IMG/VR virus record: IMGVR_UViG_3300008267_000004
Location: 32,001 to 96,000 of that record
Reading direction: 5' to 3' (one strand)
Origin: a virus
DNA length: 64,000 nucleotides
Within the stretch, counting starts at the first letter, position 1. Every line of letters starts with the position of its first letter. The notes beneath the pieces were generated by a model, which did not search any database, was not told the DNA's origin, and saw nothing but the letters and a program-made list of their open reading frames with translations. A program made the position numbers and the translations under genes. This document shows positions 31,767-42,029 of the stretch, piece after piece.

Positions 31767-32425
31767 TTAATAGCCGCCTTTAAAATTTCTCTATGGGATG
31801 GATCACATACAGTATCGTCATGATTAAAAGGTTCTCCAACAAAATTATATTCTTCTCTTTTGCTTGGAAATGGATTTTTTACAAAAAATTCATCGTGTAT
31901 TACGCAATTATTCTTAAAAATATTCCATATATATTTTTGTAAAAAAATTTGATCATAGTGATATTGCTCTGGGACGTTCTTAGCTAAATTAAGTAAATTT
32001 TCTACGTCAGGTATTAACCCACCAACTATGCCAAACATGCCAGCTAATATTGGAAAATTACCATGATATGGATGATCTTTCATTATATGTAAATATTTTT
32101 CTGAGCCTATCCATTCATTAACGGCATCTACTTCTCTTTTAGAAAATCTAGAATCTGTATCTCGAAAAATTATTCTTTCTATACCATCTTCCGACATAGG
32201 AAGAAATCTTTTTGTTGTAAAAGTCCAATCAGGATTATCGTTACATACTATTACTTCTGAGTTTTTTTCTAGTTCCTCTAATATATTTTTTGGAACATTA
32301 TTAGAACAATAAAAACGACAAACCCAGCCGGGATAAAATTTCTCGGCTAGGTTTGCATTTTTTATAGCACCAATTGTATACTTTGGATTATTTCCCCATA
32401 AAGAATAAGAAATTATTTTTTTCAT
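31763..32425 (-). CDS. Glycan-locus hypothetical protein (GT-like)
   Basis: ISYSLWG..FRDTDSR..HIMKDH..DQIFL; start moved to MKKII at 32425. Confidence 0.55.
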   Translation of the reverse strand: MKKIISYSLWGNNPKYTIGAIKNANLAEKFYPGWVCRFYCSNNVPKNILEELEKNSEVIVCNDNPDWTFTTKRFLPMSEDGIERIIFRDTDSRFSKREVDAVNEWIGSEKYLHIMKDHPYHGNFPILAGMFGIVGGLIPDVENLLNLAKNVPEQYHYDQIFLQKYIWNIFKNNCVIHDEFFVKNPFPSKREEYNFVGEPFNHDDTVCDPSHREILKAAIK

Positions 32426-34386
32426 TACGCAGCTTGCGTCAACCTTTTTTGGAAAATAGCAAGATATTTTTGGAAGATTTCTTTTTCTTCTTTTCGTTTC
32501 CAAGAATTATTATCTTGATTGGTTGACATTCCTTTAGGATTAAAATAATACAATCCTAAAGTTTTGTTAAGCTTTAAAAACTTAGAACCTTCAAAAGTGC
32601 ATCTTAGCCACATTTCCCAATCACTTGCACTACGATATTTTTCTTCAAAATATCCATATTTATCATGTATTGATTTACGCCACATTGGCATACAATGCAA
32701 AGGATTTCCTCTTAACATAGATTCTTCACTAAATGGTTCTGATGGATAATTTGATTTAGCAGTATTTTTATCCCATGTTTCATTAGCGTTGTTAGTTACT
32801 AAGTTGTTTGCATATACCCCATCAATCTCCGGACTTGTATATAATTTTTTTGCTAATTCTTCAAGAGCATTTGGAAATTTACGATCATCTAAATTAGCAT
32901 TAGTAATATACTCACCAGAAGCTTCTTTAATTGCAATATTCCAAGCGGCATAAATACCTGGGTCTTTCTCCAGCTTAATGTATTTAATATTTTCAGGATA
33001 CTGTTCTAAATATTTATTTATTGTTTCTTCTTCATTTTCTGGTGAGTTACAGTTGACTAGAATTAGTTCACATTTTTCTTTAAAAATACTTTGGGAAGTT
33101 ATGTCCTCTAAAAATCCTTTAATATGTTCTTCCCCGTTGTACACTGATGTAATTACAGATATTTTTGGAAGATCAGAAATTTCAACTTTTTGATTTTTCT
33201 CTCCAGTAACTAATTCACAAAATCTTGTATACATTTTTTCTTCAGTGAATTGCTCTCTGACTGCTTTATTTAATTTCTTTGACCAACTCTTAAATCTATT
33301 ATAGTCTTTATAAACTTCTCTTAATTTAGCCTTATAGCTTCTATGTACTGGGTAAGCCCAACTGGTTCCCTCTTCTAAAACTCCTTGCCAAACATGCTCT
33401 TTAGCAATTGGTTTTAACTCATAGTCTACTTTTGCAAATAATTTTTTCTGTGCGCCATCTTCATCTTCCACTGTAAGAAAATCTAAATGCCCGCTCCAAT
33501 CAGTTGCTACAACAGGTAGTTCGTTTGTGGTGGCTTCAAATAGTGGAAAACCAAATCCTTCTCCATGCGTTGTTGATACTATTGCTTTTATTTTTGGATT
33601 ACTATACAAACTAGCCATTTCAGATTCTGTTAAGTACCCATGAAGTAAATAAACAGAACATTTACGATCTTTATGGCTAGATAATAGATTTTGTAATCTT
33701 TGATCAACTGTTTCTCTATCTAAGATAGAATCATTTGTCATATTAATTTTTAATACAAGTCCAACTTCTTCGTTTTTAAATTCTTCTAAAAATCCTACAA
33801 TTGTTTGCTCTAAATTTTTTCTTGGACCCCACTGACATACAGACAAAAAATTAAAATCGTGTTTAAGGTCTAGTTCTATTGGAGATACAGTAAAATCTCT
33901 TACCGGAAAATGGCAAACATCCACTCTTTTTTCCACTTTATAATTCTGGCCCTTGTCATCTGAGAATATAGTGTTAATAAATGAAGACTTTGCGTGCTCA
34001 CTAATAACAATAATTTGATCCATTTGATTAGAGGGATTTAGCCATGCTGGGGAGATATTATTTGTCTCTATACCAGCTGTATAGCCTATATTTTTAGCTG
34101 CTATTGGCTTCCATTCATTTGGAATTGAAATTTGAACTGATATGTCAAAATTTGGATTATTATTTGTTGACGCAATGTAATTATGGGTCTCTAAACAAAT
34201 TTTATGTAACTCTCTTGTCTCTTCATCTTTATCCGCAATATTTCCGTTTCCTCCCCAATTTGTAGGGATAATGTATAGGTCATTATAGTCTAATGTATTT
34301 TTTAAAGATCTAAATGCAAACCTTGCCATCTCTCCATAGCCACTTCTACTAAATACTGGTCCTGTGATAACTATTTTTTTCTTCAT
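32425..34386 (-). CDS. Fused GT4-like plus GT2 glycosyltransferase
   Basis: GEGFGFPLFEA in the N-terminal part; ISVITSVYN..TNANLDD in the C-terminal part. Confidence 0.85.
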   Translation of the reverse strand: MKKKIVITGPVFSRSGYGEMARFAFRSLKNTLDYNDLYIIPTNWGGNGNIADKDEETRELHKICLETHNYIASTNNNPNFDISVQISIPNEWKPIAAKNIGYTAGIETNNISPAWLNPSNQMDQIIVISEHAKSSFINTIFSDDKGQNYKVEKRVDVCHFPVRDFTVSPIELDLKHDFNFLSVCQWGPRKNLEQTIVGFLEEFKNEEVGLVLKINMTNDSILDRETVDQRLQNLLSSHKDRKCSVYLLHGYLTESEMASLYSNPKIKAIVSTTHGEGFGFPLFEATTNELPVVATDWSGHLDFLTVEDEDGAQKKLFAKVDYELKPIAKEHVWQGVLEEGTSWAYPVHRSYKAKLREVYKDYNRFKSWSKKLNKAVREQFTEEKMYTRFCELVTGEKNQKVEISDLPKISVITSVYNGEEHIKGFLEDITSQSIFKEKCELILVNCNSPENEEETINKYLEQYPENIKYIKLEKDPGIYAAWNIAIKEASGEYITNANLDDRKFPNALEELAKKLYTSPEIDGVYANNLVTNNANETWDKNTAKSNYPSEPFSEESMLRGNPLHCMPMWRKSIHDKYGYFEEKYRSASDWEMWLRCTFEGSKFLKLNKTLGLYYFNPKGMSTNQDNNSWKRKEEKEIFQKYLAIFQKRLTQAA

Positions 34387-34387
34387 A

Positions 34388-35629
34388 TTAATATTCCTTT
34401 ATGCTCCAAGCTTTGTAGTTTTTTCTTGTTTCCCAAGATCCATATTTTTCATATACCTTTTCAAAAACATTATCCCATCTTTGAACAAAATCTTTAAAAT
34501 TGAAATTCTTTGACACAAATTCACTTCCCCTTCTTCCCAATTCTTTTCTTTCTTCTCTCGTCATATTATGAATTTTTAATAATGCCGATATAAAGTCTTC
34601 TTTTGAAATTCTATCTTCATAAATATACGGAACTTCTTGACTACCAATAACCGCCCTTGAAACTGGGTCTATTAATACTCCAAAGGTTTCATTTCCATCT
34701 GTTAGTTGATCCTGCATACCACCAGTTCTATTAGCAATTACTGGTGTTCCGCAAGACAAAGACTCTAGAACGGAAAGACCAAAACCTTCCGCATCACTTA
34801 CGTTAATAGTGCAATCAGCAGCATTATAAAATTTTGCCATATGCTCCAAAGGAACTTTTGCAGTAGAGATTGCAAAATTTTCTCTGCTTAATCCAACTTC
34901 TTTTGCAATAGCTTCTAAGTCTTGTCCATTTGGATCTTTTGGATCCGTATGCATTAATAACAATGCCTTATCGTGTCCAACTATATCTAAAAATTCTTTA
35001 AACCACCAAACTACAGAGCCGCTCATCTTTCTTCTAGCATTTCTATTAGTCCAAAAGAATAATGTTTTATTTTTTTCTCTATATTCAGAATATGAAGACT
35101 CATCTAAAATTTTATAAAAATCAGTATTAACGGCATGGGGTAAATATTCTTCTTCAACTTCTGGTGAAACAGTTTTTACGATATCACTTGTTAATTTGCT
35201 GATCGTTACAATTTTATCATTTGATAGATAAAATTTACGATTAAATTTTGGATATGGATAGTTGTCCCATACATGGTAATAAACCATTGGAACGTTTCCT
35301 CTAATTTCTTGAGCAAAATTCCATAACCAGCCATAAAATCTTGGATCTGTCATAAACCACATAACATCAGGCTTAAAATCTCTAATAGCAGCTCTAACTT
35401 GTTCTGGTGTTCCATAGCCATCAACTGGAATTACGGTTAAATCTTCTCCGTGTTCTTGAAATCTTACTGGTCTATAATCACTATGTTTAACTGCGCCACC
35501 AAAACATAAAAATTGATATTTACCAGTCTTTAGCAAACCATTTACCATGTAATTAGTTTGAGTTCCAACTCCGCTAGGAGCTAAAAGATGATCAGAGATT
35601 ACAAATACTTTTAATTTTCTATCTAACAT
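34388..35629 (-). CDS. GT4-family glycosyltransferase
   Basis: NRNARRK, EGFGLSVLESLSCGTPVI. Confidence 0.85.
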   Translation of the reverse strand: MLDRKLKVFVISDHLLAPSGVGTQTNYMVNGLLKTGKYQFLCFGGAVKHSDYRPVRFQEHGEDLTVIPVDGYGTPEQVRAAIRDFKPDVMWFMTDPRFYGWLWNFAQEIRGNVPMVYYHVWDNYPYPKFNRKFYLSNDKIVTISKLTSDIVKTVSPEVEEEYLPHAVNTDFYKILDESSYSEYREKNKTLFFWTNRNARRKMSGSVVWWFKEFLDIVGHDKALLLMHTDPKDPNGQDLEAIAKEVGLSRENFAISTAKVPLEHMAKFYNAADCTINVSDAEGFGLSVLESLSCGTPVIANRTGGMQDQLTDGNETFGVLIDPVSRAVIGSQEVPYIYEDRISKEDFISALLKIHNMTREERKELGRRGSEFVSKNFNFKDFVQRWDNVFEKVYEKYGSWETRKNYKAWSIKEY

Positions 35630-36599
35630 TTATTGTTTCCTTTTCTAAGTCATTTAAATACATTATTTCCGCTAATTGAGACAATGTTGTAGCTGGATTC
35701 CATTTTAAAATATTTCTAGCTTTTGCCGGATTGGCTTGTAGTAGTGGTACTTCACTTGGTCTCTTAAATGAATCATCTATCACTACATACTCCATTAGAT
35801 TATAACCAGCAATTTCAGAAACGCAAGAAATAAAATCTTTAATTGTATAAGTTTTTCCAGTTCCCAAAACAAAGTCATCAGCTGCTGTATTTTGTAACAT
35901 CAACCACATACCTTTAACATATTCAGGAGCGTATCCCCAATCTCTTCTTGCTTCTAAATTTCCTAATCTTAACTCTTTTTGAAGTCCTAGTTTAATCCTT
36001 GCAGCTGCTTTTGTAATTTTTCTTGTTACGAATTGCTCTCCTCGTCTTTCACTTTCGTGATTAAAAAGGATACCAGAACAACAAAAAAGCCCATAAGCCT
36101 TGCGGTAATTAACCACAAGGTTATGGGCTGCAACTTTAGCACAGGCATAGGGAGAAACAGGAGAAAATGGTGTCTGCTCATTTTGTGGAGCAGCACTATT
36201 ATCGCCATACATTTCACTTGTACTAGCTTGGTAAAATTTTGTAGAAGGAGATAGATTTCTAATTGCCTCTAGACAATTTAAAACCCCTGTTGTATTTATT
36301 TCTAAAGTGCTTTCTGGAGAAGTAAACGAAGCGGCCACATGGGACTGTGCAGCTAAATTATAGAATTCATCAGGCTTATAGCAAGATACGAGTCTCCAAA
36401 TAGAAGAAGAATCTGTTACATCTCCATTTTCTATTTTTAGATTTTTATCATCTAAAAGATGATTAATATTATAATATTTCTTATCTTCCATGGCTGATCT
36501 TCTTACTAGACCAATTACTTTATAATTGTTTTTAAGCAGCAATTCAGCCAAAAAAGAACCGTCTTGTCCTGTTATTCCTGTAACTATAGCTGTCTTCAT
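35619..36599 (-). CDS. gmd: GDP-mannose 4,6-dehydratase
   Basis: TGITGQDGSFL, YNLAAQSHV, QASTSEMYG, SPYACAK, FNHES, GNLEARRDWG. Confidence 0.95.
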   Translation of the reverse strand: MKTAIVTGITGQDGSFLAELLLKNNYKVIGLVRRSAMEDKKYYNINHLLDDKNLKIENGDVTDSSSIWRLVSCYKPDEFYNLAAQSHVAASFTSPESTLEINTTGVLNCLEAIRNLSPSTKFYQASTSEMYGDNSAAPQNEQTPFSPVSPYACAKVAAHNLVVNYRKAYGLFCCSGILFNHESERRGEQFVTRKITKAAARIKLGLQKELRLGNLEARRDWGYAPEYVKGMWLMLQNTAADDFVLGTGKTYTIKDFISCVSEIAGYNLMEYVVIDDSFKRPSEVPLLQANPAKARNILKWNPATTLSQLAEIMYLNDLEKETINVR

Positions 36600-36607
36600 T
36601 TTAATCC

Positions 36608-37393
36608 TTATGGGCATTCGACTGTATTTTTGAATTCACAGTTTTTACAGTTTAATTTATTTTTTGGATACATCCCAACTTTGATATTATATAAGGCTTT
36701 ATCCAAAAGTTTAAACGCATTTTGCGTTTTTACTGTTCCACTTGTTACCCTAAAGATTTCAATATTATCTTTTTTCGCAGTTCTCTTTAAGAGAGCAAAA
36801 TGAGTTTCAATATTTTTTGGATCCACATTGTGTTTTTTAGCGTAAAAATGCTTATAAAACGTTAGCTGATACGTTGTCATCGCATCACTTTTCTTTTTTG
36901 CATCCCAACCCCAAGCACAACTTTTCCAATCGATAATATGAATCTTATTATCAGAAGTTTGGATAATAAGATCAATAAAACCTTTAAAAGAATAATTTAG
37001 CTCTGGTATTGATTCGACTACCTCATAAATATCTTCTTCTGCTGCAAGCACTTTAAATTCACCAAAGTGATTTTGTAATGCAGGAAGAATTTGTTTAGAC
37101 AAATCTTCACCCTGCTTACGCATTTGCGTAAGCAATTTTTCGTCTATCTTTGATGAATTTTCTTTCAGAATTTTAATTTCACTATCAAACTTATTTAAGA
37201 AAATTTCTACTTCGTTTACTGAAGTGTCCTGAACTTTTAATTCAGCTGCTTCATGTAGTGCTGTTCCAAATGCTGTATATTCAGAGCCAGAAAATTTCTT
37301 AACTTCATCCTGATAGATGAGTTTAAACTTGTAAGGACAATCGTTCCAAACCTTTAGTGCAGAAAATGAAATATGCGACATAATAATCTCCAA
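36608..37393 (-). CDS. PD-(D/E)XK exonuclease (Cas4/AddB/RecB-like)
   Basis: SFSAL..CPY, GTALH, GFIDL, IDWKS, terminal CKNCEF..C. Confidence 0.8.
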   Translation of the reverse strand: MEIIMSHISFSALKVWNDCPYKFKLIYQDEVKKFSGSEYTAFGTALHEAAELKVQDTSVNEVEIFLNKFDSEIKILKENSSKIDEKLLTQMRKQGEDLSKQILPALQNHFGEFKVLAAEEDIYEVVESIPELNYSFKGFIDLIIQTSDNKIHIIDWKSCAWGWDAKKKSDAMTTYQLTFYKHFYAKKHNVDPKNIETHFALLKRTAKKDNIEIFRVTSGTVKTQNAFKLLDKALYNIKVGMYPKNKLNCKNCEFKNTVECP

Positions 37394-37403
37394 TGTTGAG
37401 ACT

Positions 37404-37432
37404 ATTATAACCTACGACAGATTTTTTGTCAA
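37404..37432 (-). promoter_or_regulatory. Consensus sigma-70 promoter
   Basis: TTGACA-17 nt-TATAAT upstream of the nuclease gene. Confidence 0.85.
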
Positions 37433-38095
37433 GTACTTTATTTTAGAGCATAATTTAGGGCTTATTCTATTGATATAGTCTTGGTCTTTCATAAAATAAC
37501 ATTCAAAACCATTACTAAAATACTCTCTTAAAGATGTACAAGCATAAGCAGATGCAAACAATCCAGAACATAAACGATTTAATAAATCGTATCCAACTTT
37601 TTTATAGAAAAATTCATCAAGTTCTGGATCATAAGAGGTATTTATCATTTTTCTTACATCGCTATCAATACCTTGTTGTTTTAATAACAAAAGAAGTTTT
37701 TTTCTCTTAGAGATAAATTCGTCTATAATTTCAGAATCACCATAAATATCTTCACCATACGCATCTTCAAGAGAGTGTGCAATTTCATGAATGATGGTTG
37801 ATACCATCAACTCTTCTGAATCTTGTCGATTTGAGATCCATATATCGTGATTATAATATATTGACTCTACTTCTCGATCAGAAAGAATATCATAGTTTCC
37901 TACGAAGATATTATTTAAATTATTTGCTAATTGGTAAGGCAAATATTTTTCAATTTGCCTTACCACATTAGTCATATTTATTTCCCTAGGGAGAGGACTA
38001 TCAATTAATATCCAGTGCTTATTAAATAATTGATATTCCCTCCTCTCTAGAAGGTTTCTTTCGTGAGATTTTTTTATAAAACTTTGTGTGGTCAT
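37412..38095 (-). CDS. Putative zinc metallopeptidase-like protein
   Basis: IIHEIAH (HExxH) and a later REYF. Confidence 0.55.
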   Translation of the reverse strand: MTTQSFIKKSHERNLLERREYQLFNKHWILIDSPLPREINMTNVVRQIEKYLPYQLANNLNNIFVGNYDILSDREVESIYYNHDIWISNRQDSEELMVSTIIHEIAHSLEDAYGEDIYGDSEIIDEFISKRKKLLLLLKQQGIDSDVRKMINTSYDPELDEFFYKKVGYDLLNRLCSGLFASAYACTSLREYFSNGFECYFMKDQDYINRISPKLCSKIKYLTKNLS

Positions 38096-38382
38096 TACTT
38101 ACGTCTTTTAGCTTTTTTACTTTTCTTGACTTCAGCTGACTCAACATCAGCAATTGCTTGCTTATAGCCTCTTATAAAATTTTCTTCTGCCAACGCTAAA
38201 ACAAACTCTGGGAATTCTTCTGCTAAAACATCTACAATCATCTCGACTGTAACATTATCATCTTTTGGTTGTAGTTTATTGCCTACATAAGTTACGAATA
38301 ATTCTTTTAGGGCGTTATCAACTTTTACTGTAGATTTTAGATCCGGGTTTTCAAAGTCTTTTTCCTTTAAAGCTGTCTCCAT
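38095..38382 (-). CDS. Hypothetical protein
   Basis: 95-aa ORF in operon context. Confidence 0.65.
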   Translation of the reverse strand: METALKEKDFENPDLKSTVKVDNALKELFVTYVGNKLQPKDDNVTVEMIVDVLAEEFPEFVLALAEENFIRGYKQAIADVESAEVKKSKKAKRRK

Positions 38383-38390
38383 TTTTTCTC

Positions 38391-39725
38391 CTATAATACT
38401 GATGCAGCTAGTGTAGCAACTGCAGAACGTTCACCTTTTTGCAATGTTATATGACCTGTTAGCTCGAATGGTTTAAATTTTTCAACAGCATAAGTTAAAC
38501 CATTGTTAGTCGCATCAAGAAAAGCACTATCAATCTGTTCAATATCACCTGTTAAAACAATTTTAGTATTTTCACCAACTCTTGTAATTATAGTCTTTAA
38601 TTCGTGCATTGTTAAGTTCTGCGCTTCATCAATGATAATAAATGCGTTTGCAATAGAGCGTCCACGAATAAATGTAAGAGCTTCTACTTCAATTGTACCC
38701 TTTTCTTGAAGCATTTGTAGATGCTCTTTATCATCACCCATAAGGAACTCAAGGTTATCTTGGATTGGAGCAACCCAAGGAGCCATTTTTTCTTCTAATG
38801 TTCCTGGCAAGAAACCAATATCACGACCCATCGGTTGCACTGGACGGGATACAATTATTTTCTTATATGTTGTAGACGCTAGAGTTTGCTCTAGTGCTGA
38901 TGCAAGAGCAATAAGTGTCTTACCACACCCAGCAAGACCTACAAGAGACACTATTTTAACATTATCATCCATTAGAAGATCAAAAGCAAATTGTTGCTCT
39001 TTGTTTTTTGCACGCACATCCCATACGCCTTCCTTAAATTCCCGAACTTTTGTTAATGCAAAGTTATAATTACGGAACTTGCATAGGGCGGTTTTCTTTT
39101 CGTTGGCATTTGATACAAGCATTACATACTGATTTGGGTGTAACTTGATGTCTTTTTCTTCTAGGAAGATTTTTTCTCCGTTATAAAAACGATCAACAAG
39201 ATGATCGTCAACAAGATGAGAGGTAAATCCAGTATAAATCTCTTCTTTCATCTCAACAATTTTATTTGTTGTATAATCTTGTGCAAGAATACCAAGGGCA
39301 TCTGCTTTAACTCGCATGTTAATATCTTGTGAAACTAGATACACAGGGCGGCTGGTAGCTGGAATATTCTCTTCTTCCGACATAACGGATAATACAGTAG
39401 CAAGAATTTGATTATCTGGATCTTGCATAGACATTTCTGCAGGGAGTAAACTCTTACCATAGTTTACTACAGTAAGTGTGCCTTTACGACTACCAATTTT
39501 AACACCTTTGTCTAGCTGTCCTTTTTCTCTTAGACCATCAAAAATACGAATTACTTGACGAGCATTTGCGCCAACTCCGTCTTGACGTTTTTTGTGTTTA
39601 TCGATTTCTTCTAGGACTTTTAGTGGCACCACTATATCATTATCTTGAAATGCATATACTGCATTAAAGTCGCTTAAAAAAACATTTGTATCAATTACAT
39701 AAACTTTTTTTGATTTTTTTGCCAT
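38391..39725 (-). CDS. phoH: PIN-PhoH fusion (PhoH2/YlaK type)
   Basis: N-terminal PIN VIDTNV..EEID..DNQI..SQD; Walker A GLAGCGKT; GFLPG; RGRS; DEAQN; GDIEQID. Confidence 0.9.
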   Translation of the reverse strand: MAKKSKKVYVIDTNVFLSDFNAVYAFQDNDIVVPLKVLEEIDKHKKRQDGVGANARQVIRIFDGLREKGQLDKGVKIGSRKGTLTVVNYGKSLLPAEMSMQDPDNQILATVLSVMSEEENIPATSRPVYLVSQDINMRVKADALGILAQDYTTNKIVEMKEEIYTGFTSHLVDDHLVDRFYNGEKIFLEEKDIKLHPNQYVMLVSNANEKKTALCKFRNYNFALTKVREFKEGVWDVRAKNKEQQFAFDLLMDDNVKIVSLVGLAGCGKTLIALASALEQTLASTTYKKIIVSRPVQPMGRDIGFLPGTLEEKMAPWVAPIQDNLEFLMGDDKEHLQMLQEKGTIEVEALTFIRGRSIANAFIIIDEAQNLTMHELKTIITRVGENTKIVLTGDIEQIDSAFLDATNNGLTYAVEKFKPFELTGHITLQKGERSAVATLAASVL

Positions 39726-39745
39726 TTGATTTTGGTCCTTAGAAT

Positions 39746-39778
39746 AAAAAAGGGGAAGTCGAAAAAATCGACTTCCCC
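39746..39778 (-). terminator. Intrinsic terminator
   Basis: GGGGAAGTCGA-5 nt-TCGACTTCCCC followed by a T run on the minus strand. Confidence 0.8.
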
Positions 39779-39831
39779 AATGGTACTACATAAAATGTAT
39801 TTTTTTAAATAAAGTGCTCATATAATAATAC

Positions 39832-40389
39832 TTAAATAGTTTTATTATTATATTTGGTGACAAAATCATTCATAATAATGCTACCAGCCACAGCAGCATT
39901 GAGAGAACGCACACTTCCGTACTGAGGAATATAAACAAACTTTTCACAAAGCTCAAGGGTTTCTGGAGTGATCCCGACACCTTCTTCGCCCAATATAAAT
40001 AGAGGAGGACGGCTATATGTGGCATCGACCAAAGAAGTAGCAGACGGCACAGTATTTTCAAGAGCCACAAGTTCGTATTCCTCTTTTAACTTGAGCAATT
40101 GGTCGCGGGTATTTAGATGGATTACATCAGTATAATTATGAGTTCCAACAGTTCCACGACGATCATAATGCTTACGTCCTAAATAGTATACAGCGCGTAC
40201 ATTAAACGCATTTGCAGAACGAATTACTGTACCAATATTAAAATCTCCAAGAAAATTTTCCATAAGGATTGCATATGGAAATGCTTTTTGTTTCAAATCT
40301 TTCTTGATCAATTCTTTATTCCATTTTGTAAGACGATCATTTTTATATTTGTCAATTACATTCCAATTTTCAATCCCAGGTACTTCCAC
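39832..40389 (-). CDS. TrmH/SpoU-family RNA methyltransferase
   Basis: NIGTVIRSANAF, ILGEEGVG, YIPQYGSVRSLNAAVA. Confidence 0.9.
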   Translation of the reverse strand: MEVPGIENWNVIDKYKNDRLTKWNKELIKKDLKQKAFPYAILMENFLGDFNIGTVIRSANAFNVRAVYYLGRKHYDRRGTVGTHNYTDVIHLNTRDQLLKLKEEYELVALENTVPSATSLVDATYSRPPLFILGEEGVGITPETLELCEKFVYIPQYGSVRSLNAAVAGSIIMNDFVTKYNNKTI

Positions 40390-40390
40390 T

Positions 40391-40615
40391 TTATTCTCCT
40401 TTTTCAGATTTTACCTTTAAAACGCTAGCACTAATCGCATCTTGAATTGTTTTTTCAAAATGTTTTTGGTCCCATTCTTCAAGATTAAAAGTTTCTAGAT
40501 AGTTATTTATAAACTCTGGATCTGCATCGAAAGTGACATATGCAGAACCATCATCCAACTCTTTAACCTCAAGACACTTTATATGTCCAAGAACTTTTTC
40601 AACTTTATCACTCAT
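40391..40615 (-). CDS. Hypothetical protein
   Basis: 74-aa ORF in operon context. Confidence 0.6.
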   Translation of the reverse strand: MSDKVEKVLGHIKCLEVKELDDGSAYVTFDADPEFINNYLETFNLEEWDQKHFEKTIQDAISASVLKVKSEKGE

Positions 40616-40623
40616 TTTTTTTC

Positions 40624-41982
40624 CTATTTATCTGTATTTAGATTTCCTTGAATAGACCAAGCAAAATCTAATTGCACATCATTTGCAAACATCGGATCAA
40701 ACATATTAATGTTTTGATCTGTTGTATATCCTAGTTTACCAGAAGAAGTAGCTAGTGCATGGCACGACATACAATTTGTCTGTACTCCGTACTGGAAGTC
40801 TGGGTTTGTTTTATTTGCCATCTTAAACACTTGTGGTCCAAAACCAGCTTCAAGATATGGATTATAACAAATCATAGGCTCGTCTTTTGAAGTTGTCATT
40901 GCATAGCAAGGGGATACAGCATAGTGTCTGGCTTCTTCTTTTACCGAATCAGGCATTAAATCAGCATAATTGGTTGCACTTGGATGCCCAGGATTTTTTG
41001 GATCCGAAACCCAAAAATATGTTTGCCAAGTCCAATTTTTAATTTCTTTACTCGTTACATGCATTGCAACAAGTAATGCTACGCTCCCTTCTTGGAATTG
41101 ATGTGCCGGATCGTTACCTCTGTCTTGAAGTGTGTTTAAATATTCAGCAGTTTCTTTATCGATTCTAAAGCTGATAAAATCAGTCATATTGCAAGTGGCA
41201 GCTGCAATTTCTTCTTGGCTTGGATTTTCTGATGTAACTGGTACTAATTTTTTGTTAGGATCTTGTTTGTTGTCAACATCTACATAAATATAATTTTTCC
41301 AATCATGGTGACCAAATACCTTTGGAGGAACTGGTGTTGTTGTCCACGCTGGGACTCTTACTAAGCCATTTGTAGCTTTTGCTACGTAATAGGTAGGTTT
41401 TGTTGTAATTGATCTAACAGGAAAATCAGGAATTTTTCCAATATCACCTTCTACTAACAGTCTATCCAATACTGATTTATTAAATAATAAATTAGCTGTA
41501 GCAAAGCAGGCAGCATCAGGACTATAAGCAACAGTTTCTAAAATTGCATAATCATTTGTAATTGTTGAATTTAACACTCCTGCATGAGCTAGTTGCTTAG
41601 GGACTTTTAATTTTGTTGCTGTGTGTGAATTTAAATTACAACCGTAGTCTCTGTTACCAAAGGCTGCAGCGTCTGCTAATTGTCCAACACCGTGCCACGT
41701 TTCATAGACTCGTAAATTTCTTCCTTTATAGGTTTGACCTGTTTTTTCTGTCAAACCCGCCCAAATACCCCATGCATGTTTTGTTACTGATGCACTATCA
41801 TTTTTAGTGACCCACTCATAAATCGTTTCTTCACTCTCTGGGAAATTAAATGATTGTGATTGTACTTCTGCAAAGTCTACAGGACTAATTGTAGATGGCT
41901 TTTTAGCACCATAAATAAAAATACTTACAGAAGTTACTAACAGAACTAGAAATCCTAGAAATATAATTGTTGATCTTTTCAT
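40624..41982 (-). CDS. Exported protein with C-terminal CxxCH heme-binding motif (c-type cytochrome-like)
   Basis: N-terminal signal/anchor MKRSTIIFLGFLVLLV; QTNCMSCH near the C-terminus. Confidence 0.7.
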   Translation of the reverse strand: MKRSTIIFLGFLVLLVTSVSIFIYGAKKPSTISPVDFAEVQSQSFNFPESEETIYEWVTKNDSASVTKHAWGIWAGLTEKTGQTYKGRNLRVYETWHGVGQLADAAAFGNRDYGCNLNSHTATKLKVPKQLAHAGVLNSTITNDYAILETVAYSPDAACFATANLLFNKSVLDRLLVEGDIGKIPDFPVRSITTKPTYYVAKATNGLVRVPAWTTTPVPPKVFGHHDWKNYIYVDVDNKQDPNKKLVPVTSENPSQEEIAAATCNMTDFISFRIDKETAEYLNTLQDRGNDPAHQFQEGSVALLVAMHVTSKEIKNWTWQTYFWVSDPKNPGHPSATNYADLMPDSVKEEARHYAVSPCYAMTTSKDEPMICYNPYLEAGFGPQVFKMANKTNPDFQYGVQTNCMSCHALATSSGKLGYTTDQNINMFDPMFANDVQLDFAWSIQGNLNTDK

Positions 41983-41995
41983 TTTTTTCTCCTAT

Positions 41996-42025
41996 AAAAA
42001 AACCCACCTCATAAGAGATGGGTTA
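41996..42025 (-). terminator. Intrinsic terminator after tRNA-Ala
   Basis: AACCCATCTC-TTAT-GAGGTGGGTT followed by a T run. Confidence 0.65.
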
Positions 42026-42029
42026 AAAT

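Noticed and set aside
36608-37450. CRISPR-Cas locus around the Cas4-like gene
   Set aside because: No repeat-spacer array and no other cas gene was seen.
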